Part shown: one piece after another, positions 12,011 to 23,995 of the stretch
Position numbering within the stretch: position 1 is the first letter of the stretch
Layout: each line of letters begins with the position of its first letter
Assembly: GCF_004010195.1 (NCBI RefSeq)
Contig: NC_057719.1
Coordinates: 68,873,430 to 68,936,621, forward strand
DNA from: Chiloscyllium plagiosum
Lineage: Eukaryota
Length of the DNA stretch: 63,192 nt
Direction: 5' to 3'
Translations under genes and position numbers: made by a program
The notes under the pieces: model-generated
Database searches by the model: none
The model's input: only the letters and a program-made list of their open reading frames with translations
Told to the model about the DNA's origin: nothing

Positions 12011-15000
12011 CAAAGATTCGACTTTTCCACGGCATATTCTGTGGAATTTCACCATCTGTAGAAGTTTGATGAAAGAATGTTATTTGCTCTTAAAACTCTT
12101 ACTTTAATGTTGGAACAGAAGGACGTTACAATTTTGTTCTAATTAAACAGCAGACATTGAGTGTCAGATTCCTTTAGCAAATTTCAACATTCAGACAGTT
12201 TTTATTTTCTTCTTTTCTTGGGCAATAACCCATGAATTTCAACAGTATATCTTGCAGAGTATGGTTTCCATACTGATTATTGAAATGCGGCATCTGGGAA
12301 GTTTTTATCTGCTTCATATTTGCAGTGATGCAGAGCTGCACTGATGGGCCACATTGTGAAATAGTGAACACTAAGCCCCAGAGCCCTCCACTGGGTAATC
12401 TTTAAGTTGGTCGACAAATCAATTATTTAAACCTTTTATGAGGAAGGTTAGGAAGTGCATTAACTCATCAAGCCAGGCCAAATAGCCCATCAATGTTGAA
12501 ATCTTCAGGGTGATGCCTGCTCAAGGAAGAAATAATCACACTTCATTGGTCAAACATAAATGCCATCTTAGCATTATTATTTGTCAGATACTTGGGCAAT
12601 TTTTCAAAGGGGTTGGACTTATCTACAATTGGTGATCCCCACCATTCAGCCAGGATACGAAGTGGGTGATGGCGACATTGGAATGACTCTTCATAGTCTT
12701 GATATGATGAATATATCTATCATAACAGTTTTGATTAGTTTTTTTTCTGTGGTAAATGCTAATTAAATGTATCCAGTGCCTGATTTTGCATCTTGTTCAA
12801 ATTAGCATCACATTGTATTTCGTGATAAGAATGAGAAGTAGTGTCGGTGATTTGGCCCCTCATGCCTGCTCAGATAAGGTTGTATCTGATCTTCACTATC
12901 AAATACCCCTTCCTCTATTATCCCAAATTCCTTGATTCCCTCAAAAAGATGTAAAAATATGTAACCGTGACCAACAGAGGCAACTTCAAGTGAATCTTAG
13001 TAGCTGCCAAGCTAAGGTTGAGAAATTGTATTCAGTTGGGGACTTTGAAAAATAATCTGACGCAAGCTTGTGCTTCATTTGCAGCCCTTGTTGACACTTC
13101 TGCAAATTTCTGTCTCTGTAATTAATTTGCTGCATTTTTGTCAGTTCTTAGATGGCAACATCATAACGTGAGAAAACTGGCATTTCAGCTTGAATCCTGC
13201 CTCCTGCTGTCCAGCCTCTGAACAGCATGTAAGAATAGAGCAGCCACTGAATCTGTCTGGTTTGCTGTCTAAGCTGGAGGACATTTGTGGTATAGTTTGA
13301 CTCGCCTGCAGAAAAAAATCTGCTTCTTTCAAAAGGTTAAGATTGATGGAAAACATCCAAAACATTTGACTTTACAGAAGATACATGTTGACTTTTTTTT
13401 AAGAAAACCACATACTTTCTTGTTAACATTGTTCCTTATTCTGTCTTTAAGAATCAGTTTTTAAAAATTGCTCAAGTACTGAACAGTGTATAGGATATTT
13501 TTATTTCTTTGAAAAGATTGGTTTGTTTAAGTGGAAAAGTATTGACATTAAAACCTGTGACAGGTTTAATAAAAAAAACAAAGTTTACTATAGATGAATG
13601 GGTTGACCTGGAAGTTGTGGAAATGTTTTCAAGCTGCACCTCAGCACCTTGGGCCAACAAAATGGCCTTTAAGCTTGAATGAGCTTGGCTGTTTCCAGCA
13701 CAGAGCTCTAATTTTCATCTTTTCAAACTGTTTTCTACTACTTGGAGTAAAATTAGTATTGACAAGGATAGAATTTGTCTCCTGAAGGAGAATAGCTTGC
13801 CCGTGTAAGTGCTAATGTAACATTTGTCTGTTGGTAACTTTACACTTTATACTGCTTCCCTGCCATACCTAATACACCAAAAGCATACTGTTCTCTGTAA
13901 AATGTTATTGTGTGTGAAGTGCTAGCAATTTGAGGTAAAATCATTTCTATTTTTTGCCATTCCTCACAGAGCAAGCATACTTATGTGGTTGTTTGCTGTT
14001 GATATACAATTAGTCTCTTCTAACGTTTAATCCATAAGTGATGGTGACTTTCATTTAAACAGTACACTACAATCAAGCAGCAATGTCTTTCACTGCAGAA
14101 AAATGCTGTGGGTATTCTTTACAGTAATTTAGTAGCTGAGTTGTGAAATGGAGTATGTGTAACCTATTATTATGCACCACTCTCAAAGTGCAAGTGGATG
14201 AAAATTGATCCTGTAAGTTGAAAGAGGGATAAGTGTTGTGCCCTTATTGATGGGTGTACAGTTTTCTCTTTGCTTGGTAATTTGTTGATTTCACTCCTGC
14301 CCAGACAGCAAGTGGGAAAATTATTTTCAAAGGCTAGTCCAATTTTTCTTGAGGGTCACATTTAGGTCCCCAGCTGTGTTGCCACTGTAGTTAACACTAG
14401 TTTTAAAACACTCAACTATTAGATTAAAGCTTTTACGAGGCAAGGTTGCAAGTGAAGTGCTTTGAGATGAAAAGTGTCATGAAAATGTACAATGGTGAGA
14501 TGTGATGTTCTTTTCGACAATTTTAAAGAACAGTCTTTATTATTGCTGAGGGTAGCCAGTTCAGGTTACTTAACATATTGCTGAAATTAGTTTAAAGAAT
14601 ATTAAAAATTACTTAAATTTCTGTATTTATTTCATAGTTTAATGATTTTTTTTAAAAAGTAATCCCTAAAAAATTCATGTTATTTACACAAAAAGAGTAG
14701 TATGTAGGACCTGAATCTGGCCGCCTTAGTTCAGAGCTATGGATGCTACATCACACGTATTCCATCTGTGTTGTTAGCTTTGAAATATCTGGAAGTATCT
14801 TCAGTTTGCTGCCTTTAATTCTAACTGAGATTACCGATATGCCAAGCAGTACATTCATTGTATGAATCTTATGTTAACGTACTCAACAGGAACGTCCATA
14901 GATTTCAACTTCCATTGCAGTTCTGCTGCTAAATTACCTTTGCCTCAGTCCCTGTACTTATCAGTAGACCTTATTTTTCTTCTCATATAAGTTTATTGCA

Positions 15001-15609
15001 CAAAGGAGCTCTTGCATTAAAAGAGCTCATAAAGTTTCATATTTGATTCCTGCTCGGAACTAAAGTAGTGGAACTCTGCCAAGATGGCAGCTAAGTGTCA
15101 GAGTTACCTCTGCTTTTTTTGGGGTTAGGAAGGGAAAGATGACCAGTGTTCCTGCTGCTTAATTCCTCTTAGTAATCCCTTTGGACACGAATGGGTGGTA
15201 CTCGGGTTGTTACAAATGAGCCTGGGGGAATACATCATCACTCTTGTCCCACTACACCATAGGTCACAGCATAAAATAAAAATACTCCTTTCCAGTTACC
15301 GATGGATAATTAAATAATTTATCTGCATGTTTTTAAGCAAAAAAGATCTATCACCCAGGTTTCTTAATAAACAAACTTACTGATTTATTATTAAGCCAAA
15401 ATTAATTCAGTAAAAGTGCAATAATGAATAAAGGTACATAATCAGTACTATAGAAAATTCACTAAGTATCCCCAAAACACACACACACACTTCAGCAAAA
15501 ACTCATTTCTAGAGACATTGACTTTCTTTAAAAAAAACACTTTGCCCCATGGATTATTTTTGAAGGCAAAAGGTATGGTTTAGGATATTCTAGAGTCTGT
15601 TGCTCTAAT

Positions 15610-16138
15610 ATTTTGGCACATGTGGAATACTGTGTCCAGTTCTGGTTGCCCAGTTATAGGAAGGATATTAAGCTGGTGAGGGTTCAGAAGAGATTTGCCA
15701 GGATGTCGCCAGGTATGGAAGGTTTACGTTATCAGGAAAGGCTGGATAAACTGGAGCATAGGAGGATGAGAGGTGACCTTATCGAGGTTTATAAAATAAT
15801 GAGGTTTGTAGACAGAGTTGATGGTAGTTGACTTTTCCCAAGGATGGGGGATGTCAAGGCTAGGGGGGCACATTTTTAAGGTGAGATGCAAGAGACTTAA
15901 AAAAGACATGAGGCGCAAATGTTTTACACAGAGGGTGATTCACATTTGGAATGAACTTCCTGAGGAAGTGGTGGATGTGGACACAATTATAATGTTTACA
16001 AAACATTTGGATAATACATGAGTAGGAAAGGTTTGGAGGGGTATGGGAGCAGACAGGTGGGACCAGCTTAGTTTAGGATTATGTTCAGCATGGACTGGTT
16101 GGACCAAAGGGTCTATTACTGTGCTGTATGACTCTGTG
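15610..16138 (+). mobile_element. CR1 LINE 3' end
   Basis: EYCVQFW...VQKRFARM...RGDLIEVYKIM...FTQRVIHIWNELPEEVV plus the 3' tail. Confidence 0.9.
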
Positions 16139-17805
16139 GTCAAGTTCTTGGCAGACACAATGTGCTCAAGAAATACAATCTTGAGGTGGTTTTGCAATCA
16201 CTCTTCACAAAAATGATAGTTTGCATCCTGAACTAGAAAGTTTTTTTTTAAGAAATGGGGGCTATCAGCTGGGCAGTTTTTCATTGCAAGTTTTTTTTTC
16301 GCCAAATTAACTTGTTCTTAGCCAGCTTTTCTCCAGTTCAATTGGTTCTAAGCAAACTATCCTCCAACTCTGTTATGTAAGGCAAGAACAGTCTGTCCAA
16401 ACCTGTCACTGTTGAAACAGCCTCAGTGGCGTCCACAACAAAGCAAGCAATTATCATCAGTCATGTGATTTCTAGGAAGCCTTGTGGGGAAAAAAAGGGA
16501 TTTCTTTGAAAGAAGACTTTCCAGGTATATCCACAAAACTTGAAATAAATTCCTCCTCCTCAATCCTTCAAAATCTTACAGAAGTAATTTAAGAATTAAT
16601 AAATATAAAGTGTTTTGTAACAACATGAGGAGCAGACTATAAGATAAAAGCAAAGTATTATGGATCCTGAAGGGATGAAATAAAAACAGGATGTGCTAGA
16701 GAAATGCTGTAGGTTTGGCAGCGTCTGTGGACGAAGAACTGTTTACATTGTTTCTCTTTCCAAAACTGTGTCAAGACTATAAGGCTTGGTTTCAATTCAT
16801 TCCACAGTTGAACAGCATGCTGGTATACTGCCGGTGCTGCCAGATGAATAGTGGTCGATTGGTTAAGGTAGCTAGGACAACTGATACTTAAAGAACTGTT
16901 CTCAACATGTTGTTTTCTTTTAATCCTCAAAAATGAAATTCCATAGACAGAATTTAGTACAGGACACTCAATGTAAGCAATTACATGTGTAATGTGGGGC
17001 TGGTACAGAGTGAAGGAAATATTCAAATAAGATTGGATTCAATCAGATTTGATTGGCATCTCATCATTTGGTCCAGTCATGGCTGTGCCTTACTCAGGAA
17101 CATTAGTCACGAACAAAACATAAGATTTTCCTGTCACCATTTCTGCTGTTGTATGTTAGTTTGTCTGAATTTTAACCAACTTGTGATTATTCTGGAATTG
17201 CTGTTTAGATTATAAATCTATAAATTAAAATTAAAATATGCAATCCGCAATTCTGATTCCTTGTGAAAAAATAGTTGTTTCAGCTATTTTTTATTTTTAA
17301 AAGTGATGTTTCTATTCACTGCATGTATTTACATTGAAATGATGATTGACACAAGTGCAACTGGTATTCCTCACATTAAGTTACAGTTATCTTTAGAAGT
17401 GAACCTGACAGCATCTTTATACTCCCATGAATTAGGATTGATGTACTATATTCCTATGACTACATTTACCTGAGTTAACTGTGACTTCCAAATTTGACTC
17501 TTGCTGCTGTTTATTTTTTTTTCAAGCATGCAGATATGGTTTAAAGTTTGCTAATTGGAAATGATAAGGGCAGGCATGGTGCTGCACTGAAGATTGTGAA
17601 TCATGTGTTGTGCATTTCTCAGGTAGTTGATCAGTCCAACTCAGTGAGTCCATAGAGGATTGTGAAGGAAGCAATTTTTGAAACTGTTTTGGTTTCTAGT
17701 TCCCAGATTGCAGGAGTCTTATAAGAATTGCTCAGTGATGTTTCAAACCTGTAAATATGTGTGAATGCACTAATTTTTCTAGTATGTTTTTATTATGAAT
17801 TACAG

Positions 17806-18202
17806 GAGCAAACCTGTGGAGAGACTAAGCCTGGCTCTGGCCTGCTGATTGTAGCTGTGTTTCCTCATCTACCAAAAGATGCTGCAGTGGAATGGCATGT
17901 CATTGCAGTTACTGATGATCCCTGTGAGAGGAAATCCTTCATCATAAATAAAAAATCCAATGGTTACGTAATTGACTGTGAGTTGATTGTGTCAAGTTTG
18001 AAGTCAAGTGCTGCTATCTCATTGGCTGTAAGTCTTCTGTCACCATCAGTGACTGCTTTAAATCTGAAGAGTATGCTGCATGAACTAGCGGTTGTATTCC
18101 AGCAATCTATGGATAAACTCCCTCAAGATGTTAAGCAGCTCCCTCTGTGCTTCAAAACCTTTTACTGTGAAGATACCATAGATCCCAGCTTTGTACGAAA
18201 AG
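17806..18202 (+). CDS. DPH6: Penultimate coding exon of diphthine--ammonia ligase, long form (RidA/YjgF-like C-terminal region)
   Basis: Acceptor ...tattatgaattacag|GAG at 17805/17806 and donor AAG|gtaaga at 18202/18203 (phase 1). Open frame EQTCGETKPGSGLLIVAVFPHLPKDAAVEWHVIAVTDDP...PLCFKTFYCEDTIDPSFVRK. LPKDxxVEWHVIAV matches the RidA/YjgF C-terminal motif, and the exon resembles the recalled C-terminal extension of bird and fish DPH6. Confidence 0.88.
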
Positions 18203-19749
18203 GTAAGACTATCTCATCAATAGAAGTTAGTTAAGTTGGAAATATGTGCCCACTCTGTGACAATGCTGAGCCATTGACATTAAGACAGGAATTCAGATCC
18301 CAGTGTTGACTGATATTTTTGGATTGAATTTCCAAAAGGTGAATGCTGTAACAAATGGTCAGATTATCATAATGACTTTATCTTTTCCTATCTCTGTAAC
18401 TTCATCCATTCTTCCAATTCATCCTTTCATTTGGAGACTGACTCCTTGTGCATTCTTCCCCTCCTTTATCCCCCCTCCTTTGTAGTTCTACCTTCAGTCA
18501 CCTATGGTCTATGCTCTGGAGTTCACTTCCTAAACCATTCTCCCTCTCCAAATCATTTTCACTCTTTAGAGCCATCTTAAGGCTCATCTCACTGATGAAA
18601 CTTTAAACCATTCCAGCTAACATATGTAGTGGCTTTATGTCCATTATTTGACTATCTCTTAGAATGTTAATTTTCTGTTTTGAGTGTACTATTATAAAAG
18701 CAAGCTATTTACAAGGTGAGGGGAGGAAATTGGATTTCATATTGGTCAAGTGTACTTTCTGAAAATCCAACTAATCACATCAATGACAATATCTGAAGTG
18801 GAATATTTTATTTTCCCTTCTTGATTTGGATGTAATGGAATGATGGAAGTAATAGTAAAATGCTGTGTGACTTTTTAAATATGCATTTCTTTAGCAGCTG
18901 GTAACTTGTAATCTAAAGCTGAATTTGTACCTTTAAGCCATGTTCTATGATTTTTGAATCGGTGGGATTGGTGTATTCCTATTGACGAATTTGACTTACT
19001 GTTTAGCTTACACAGTGGAGAAAAAGCCCTGCTGTGGACATGAAGCAGGTATTTTTATGGTAGTGTACTTATAAAGCTGGTCATGGTCATTACCTTAGAT
19101 TTAGTAATTCTTTAAAGCAAGTCATGTTATGGTATCATCTTATTTCCAAGTCTTGTTCCAACATTTGATTGAAAAAATACAAATAATACTGCATCCAGTG
19201 GTTACACCAGTAAGAGAGCATGTTGTGTTGAAACAAGATGGAGCATGGATAGTGTCAGAAGAAGACATGGTCATCTTGACAGTGAGGTGATAGAGCGAGA
19301 GCTGGGGAATGCAACCTTACCTCTTGCGACAGCAGAGCAAGATGCAGCAGAATGATGAAAGAGTGACAGAAGAACCTGGAATCGACAAATGGAGCTGATC
19401 TGCTAAAGCTGCTTTGCTGACCTGAAAATGATTGAGGGAGGCTTCATGACCCCCAACAACTGCTAAGTTACTCAGACAGCAGACTCAAGTTTCTCTTCCA
19501 TCAATTTCTGACCAACAAACTATTGAAATTTGAAGTTAGAATTCGTTTTGGTGTCATGTTCACCAACTGGGTATACAAAATGTTTTTATGATTTAATATA
19601 CCATTTTTCACAGCCTCAGGATGCCCCAAAGTATTTTTCGTAATTTTGCCAATGATACCAGTGGCATATTTGTAAAATTCAGTTGACCAGATATGAAGTA
19701 CAACATTAGTCGAAGTGTACACTTTGGCACATTTTAGTCGTATCTTTTT

Positions 19750-20068
19750 GGGTGGCACGGTGGCACAGTGGTTAGCACTGCTGCCTCACAGCGCCAGAGA
19801 CCCGGGTTCAATTCCTGCCTCAGGCGACTGACTGTGTGGAGTTTGCACATTCTCCCCGTGTCTGCGTGGGTTTCCTCCGGGTGCTCCGGTTTCCTCCCAC
19901 AGTCCAAAGATGTGCAGGTCAGGTGAATTGGCCATGCTAAATTGTCCGTAGTGTTAGGTAAGGGGTAAATGTAGGGTTATGGGTGGGTTGCGCTTCGGCG
20001 GGTCAGTGTGGACTTGTTGGGCCGAAGGGCCTGTTTCCACACTGTAAAGTAATCTAATCTAATCTAAT
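19750..20068 (+). mobile_element. Full-length HE1-type V-SINE
   Basis: Pol III A box TGGCACAGTGG (19761-19771), B box GGTTCAATTCC (19805-19815), V-domain, CR1-like tail and (TAATC)n end. Confidence 0.93.
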
Positions 20069-20776
20069 TTAATTACAATCTTCCCATTTCAGTGTGTTGC
20101 TGTTTCTTAAATAAATTTAGTAGTCGCGGCTTGGTCGTCCTTACTGGAAATGATTGCAGCTATTGTTCACTATAAATTTTCGAATGACCAAGTAAGGAGT
20201 GGTCAATTGCTCCCCCTTATCAATCTCCTGAGTTGACCTCCAGCAAAAATATATGCTTTTTTTAAGCATGAGGCTTAACTCCCTCTAATAAAAGGTGGTT
20301 TTCCAATTTAGATTGTATCAATAGGAACCAATTACAAGAGTTTTTTGTTGTCTGCTAGCACTAAACAAAAAATGTGATATCAACATACAAACACAAAGTT
20401 ACAATAGTGGGAAGGACTAGTGTCTAATTCAAAAGAAACTAAAGCAAATATACAGTTTACAGTCATTAGCGTCCTTGACATGTATGGTTTTAACCTGAGA
20501 CCTTGTTGTTTCATTGATGTCTTATCTCCTCAGCAGTAGTTAGTATTTCCTTAGATCCTTAAATTCTTGTCCTAATGCTCCTTTTCAATCAGCTCCATCA
20601 CCGAGCATTTCCTTCTTGAGGCTGAGAAGGCATTTCTCCCAGCTGGCTCCAGTCACACAACCTCTCCCCTGTTCTACCAAAAATACCTCCTTGCTTTATA
20701 CGTTCCAATATCTCAGATTCTTATTTCCAAAATTAATAGTGGTAAGCTCTGTCTTTCATCTCCAATATGTGAAAGT

Positions 20777-21250
20777 AATCATAGAGATATACATAACAGA
20801 AACAGACCATTTGGTCCAATTCATCCATGCCAACCAGATATCCTAAATTAATCTAGTCCCATTTGCCAGCACTTGGCCCATATTCCTCTAAACCCTTCCT
20901 ATTCATATACCCATCCAGATGCCTTTTAAATGTTGTAATTGGACCAGCCTCCAACTCTTCCTCTGGCAGCTCATTCCATACATGTACCAACCTTTGCATG
21001 AAATGTTGTCCCTTAAATGTTTTCCCTCTCACCCTAAATGCATGCTGTCTAGTTCTGGACTCCTCCAACCCATGGAAAGGACCTTGTCTAATTAGCCTAT
21101 CCATTCCCCTCATGATTTTATAAACTTCTATAAGGTCACCCCTCAGCCTCTGATGCTCCAGGGAAAAGCAGTGCACCTATTCGACTTTTCCCTGTAGCTC
21201 AAACCCTCCAACCCTGGCATCATTCTTGTAAATCTTTTCTGAACCCTTGC
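20777..21250 (-). mobile_element. CR1 LINE 3' end
   Basis: ORF 20853..21176: RLRGDLIEVYKIMRGMDR...VWNELPEE...FKRHLDGYMNRKG. Confidence 0.9.
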
Positions 21251-21269
21251 AATAGTTGAAAAAGAAGGT

Positions 21270-22410
21270 AATTTACCCTTTTGAACCTACTTTCCGATTC
21301 AATAAGGTCATGGTAGATATTCCACCTCAACTCCACCACCTCACACTATCTGCATACCGATAATTACTTTATTATCCACAGATCTATCATTCTGCATTGA
21401 TGCTTAATTGCTGAGCATCGATGGCTCTCTGAGACAGAGTTCCTAAAATTCATAACTATTTGATGGAAGAGGTTATCTTTATTTCAGTCTTAAATAGCTG
21501 ACCCTTTATGCTGAGCATATGGCCTTGGTGTTATAGATTCCCCAGGCAGAGGAAACAGATTTTCTGCCTCAAGCCCTTAGATGGCTTTTCATATTTTTAA
21601 ATTCAAGGAAATGTCTGCCAAGTCTAATTCTTTATTTCCTTCAGCACAAGCCGCTCACCTCAAGAACAGATCTCATAAAGAATCCTAGAGAAACTCAGCA
21701 GATCTGGCAGCAGAAAGAAATAATATTAAAGTTTGACTCTTCAAAGAAGAACGACTCAACTCAAAGGCGTTAAATAATGGACATGAAATATTAATCGTTT
21801 CTTAGTCCACAATTGCTGCTAGACTTGCTGAGTTTCTCCATCATATTCTGTTTATATTTCAGACCTTCAGCATTCGCAGTATTTTGCATTTATATCAGTG
21901 TAGAGAATCTTCGTGATATTTGCTTGAGAGCAAGATATCCTTCTTTAAGTAAGGAGACCAGAACTGTGCATAAATCTCCAGGTATCACTTCACCAATGCC
22001 CTTTATTATTTTATTAAAAGTTTTCTCTCCAATCCTTTTGTAACAAAAGCTGTATTACCATTTGCATTCATTGTTGCTTGCTGTACCTTCATTTTGATTT
22101 TCTGTGATTCATGTACAAGTACCCCTAGGCCCATCTAAATTCAAACCTAGTCTCTCTCCATTTGAATTATTTTTCTACTTTTCCTACTGAAGTGTGTAAT
22201 CTCACATTTTACAACATTGTATTACATCTTCCTTGTTCTGGCCTACTCATCCAATCTGTTTGTATCCCTCTGCAACCTTTTCCACCACATTTTACATTGT
22301 CATCAAACATTAGTACTTTACACTCAGCTCCCATATCCAGGCCATTAATACATATTGGAAATGGCTGAGACCCAAGTATCAATCTTTGTAATACACTGGT
22401 AACTAACTTA
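21270..22410 (-). mobile_element. Old degraded CR1 LINE with a degraded fold-back insert (about 21680-21895)
   Basis: INGLDMGAECKVLMFDDNVK is a decayed RT motif; the inner segment has gaaactcagcagatctggcagca / tgctgctagacttgctgagtttctc arms. Confidence 0.65.
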
Positions 22411-23066
22411 TGCACATGTACATGCGCTTGCACGCTCACAATTTCACGCTCTCACATTTTCACTCACACTGACAGGGCTGATGCACCCTCCCTGCATTTC
22501 TACTGTCACCCCTTATCCTCCTTCCCAGAACAATGATAAGGTTTTCCTTATTTTGACTTTGCACCCCACTTCGGAGGATCATCCTTTGCCATCCCAACAC
22601 CTGCAGCAAGATGCCATCACTAAACACATCTTTCCCTTCCCTCTACTGTTTGCATTTAGCAGATACCATTCTCTCCATGACACCCTTGTCCATTATTACG
22701 AATGCTTCCTCATTCCTCCCTGGTACCTTCCCATGCAATTGCAAAAGATCTAACACTTGACCATTCACTTTATCCTTCCTCAATGTCCATGACCTCAAAT
22801 ATATGTTTCAGGTGAAGCAGCATTTCACTTGCAGTATTTTCAATCTAGTCTATTACATTCACTGCTCATAATACAACATACTTTATATTGCTGAGACCAA
22901 ATGCTCTGTCCATAGGTATGACCCTGACTTCCTAGTTGCTTGCCATTTCAATAAACTACTTTGCTCTCATGCTAATATTTCTATCCTGGACCTGCTGCAG
23001 TGTTCCGTTGAAGCTCAAGGAATTACATCATATTTTCTAGTTAGGCATTTACAACCTCATGGTCCA

Positions 23067-23370
23067 AATCATACAACCCCACAGTGTGGGGCAGGTATTT
23101 CTGCCTGTCGAATCCAAGCTGACTTTCTGAAAAGCATCGTACCTAGATCCCCCCCCCCCCTCCGCCCTATACCTGTAGCCATGCATCTCTCATGGCCAAT
23201 TCACTTAACCTTCGATTCTTTAGACTGTGGGGGGAAGCCAGATCACCCAGAAGAAACCCACGGAGACCCATGGTGAATGTGCTAACTCCGCACACACAGT
23301 CACTTGAGGCTGAAATTGAACCCAGTTCCTGGTGCTGTGAGGCCGCAGTTCTAACCACTGAGCCACCATG
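23067..23370 (-). mobile_element. HE1-type V-SINE (diverged)
   Basis: Reverse complement of the HE1 head and V-domain. Confidence 0.8.
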
Positions 23371-23616
23371 AATATTGAATTTAATAACTTCAGACATTAA
23401 CTGCATAATGTCTATTCTCCATTTCTCATACATTCACTCCCCTTTCCCCAACGATCTTTGTCTTGTTTCTGTCTTACTTCCTTTGCTTTTAGTATAGAGA
23501 ATCTACTCCCTCTCCGAACTTACAACCATTTAACGTCTTTTTTTCTTTTCCTCCACCAAGAATAATTCCTTTTTTTATTGAGCACAGTGTATGTTTAAAA
23601 ATTCCCAACATCTTTC

Positions 23617-23656
23617 AGTTCTGAAGAAGAGTCATGCTGGACTTGAAACTTCAACT
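23617..23656 (+). ncRNA. Minimal type-I hammerhead ribozyme-like motif
   Basis: AGUU-CUGAAGA-A-GAGUC-AUGCUG-GACUU-GAAAC-UUC-AACU; stem I AGUU/AACU, stem II GAGUC/GACUU. Confidence 0.6.
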
Positions 23657-23729
23657 AACTCTGTTTCCCTGTCCACAGATGCTACCAGACCTGCTGGATT
23701 TCTCCAGCCTTTCCTGTGTTTGTTCTTCT

Positions 23730-23995
23730 TTATTTATTCATTCACAGGATGAGGGCATCACTGACTGGACGAGCATTTATTGCCCAGACCGAGGACGCAG
23801 ATTTCCTTCCCCATTAGTGAACCAGTTTTTTTTTCCAATAATTGACATTGGATTTATAGTCATCATTAGACACTTAATTGCATATTTTTAATTTGAATTC
23901 CACCATATACTGAGGCAGGATGCAAACTGGCGTCCCCAGAATATTACCTGGATCTCTAGGTTATCAGTTCAGTGATAATACCACTAGGTGTTGCC
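23730..23995 (-). mobile_element. Second SINE family copy
   Basis: tttattcattcacaggatgagggcatcactg...ataccactagg, similar to 6508-6830. Confidence 0.7.

Larger units (their letters stand above)
22480..23728 (+). mobile_element. Penelope-like element 3' relic (GIY-YIG region + terminal repeat) interrupted by an HE1 SINE
   Basis: KVFLILTLHPT and LVYYIHCS*YNILYIAET are decayed PLE motifs; the relic ends with a hammerhead-like core and a gatgctaccagacctgctgg tail. Confidence 0.8.

Noticed and set aside
1..17805. Upstream DPH6 exons
   Set aside because: I found no acceptor with an open frame resembling the expected preceding Rid-domain sequence. They probably lie upstream of the window, though a manual scan could miss one.
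17761..18234. 157-aa ORF as a standalone RidA-like gene
   Set aside because: It has a GTG start in a pyrimidine-rich intron end, and clear splice sites at 17806 and 18202 show it is an exon.
19750..19825. tRNA gene
   Set aside because: The A/B boxes belong to the tRNA-derived SINE head, which continues into the V-domain.
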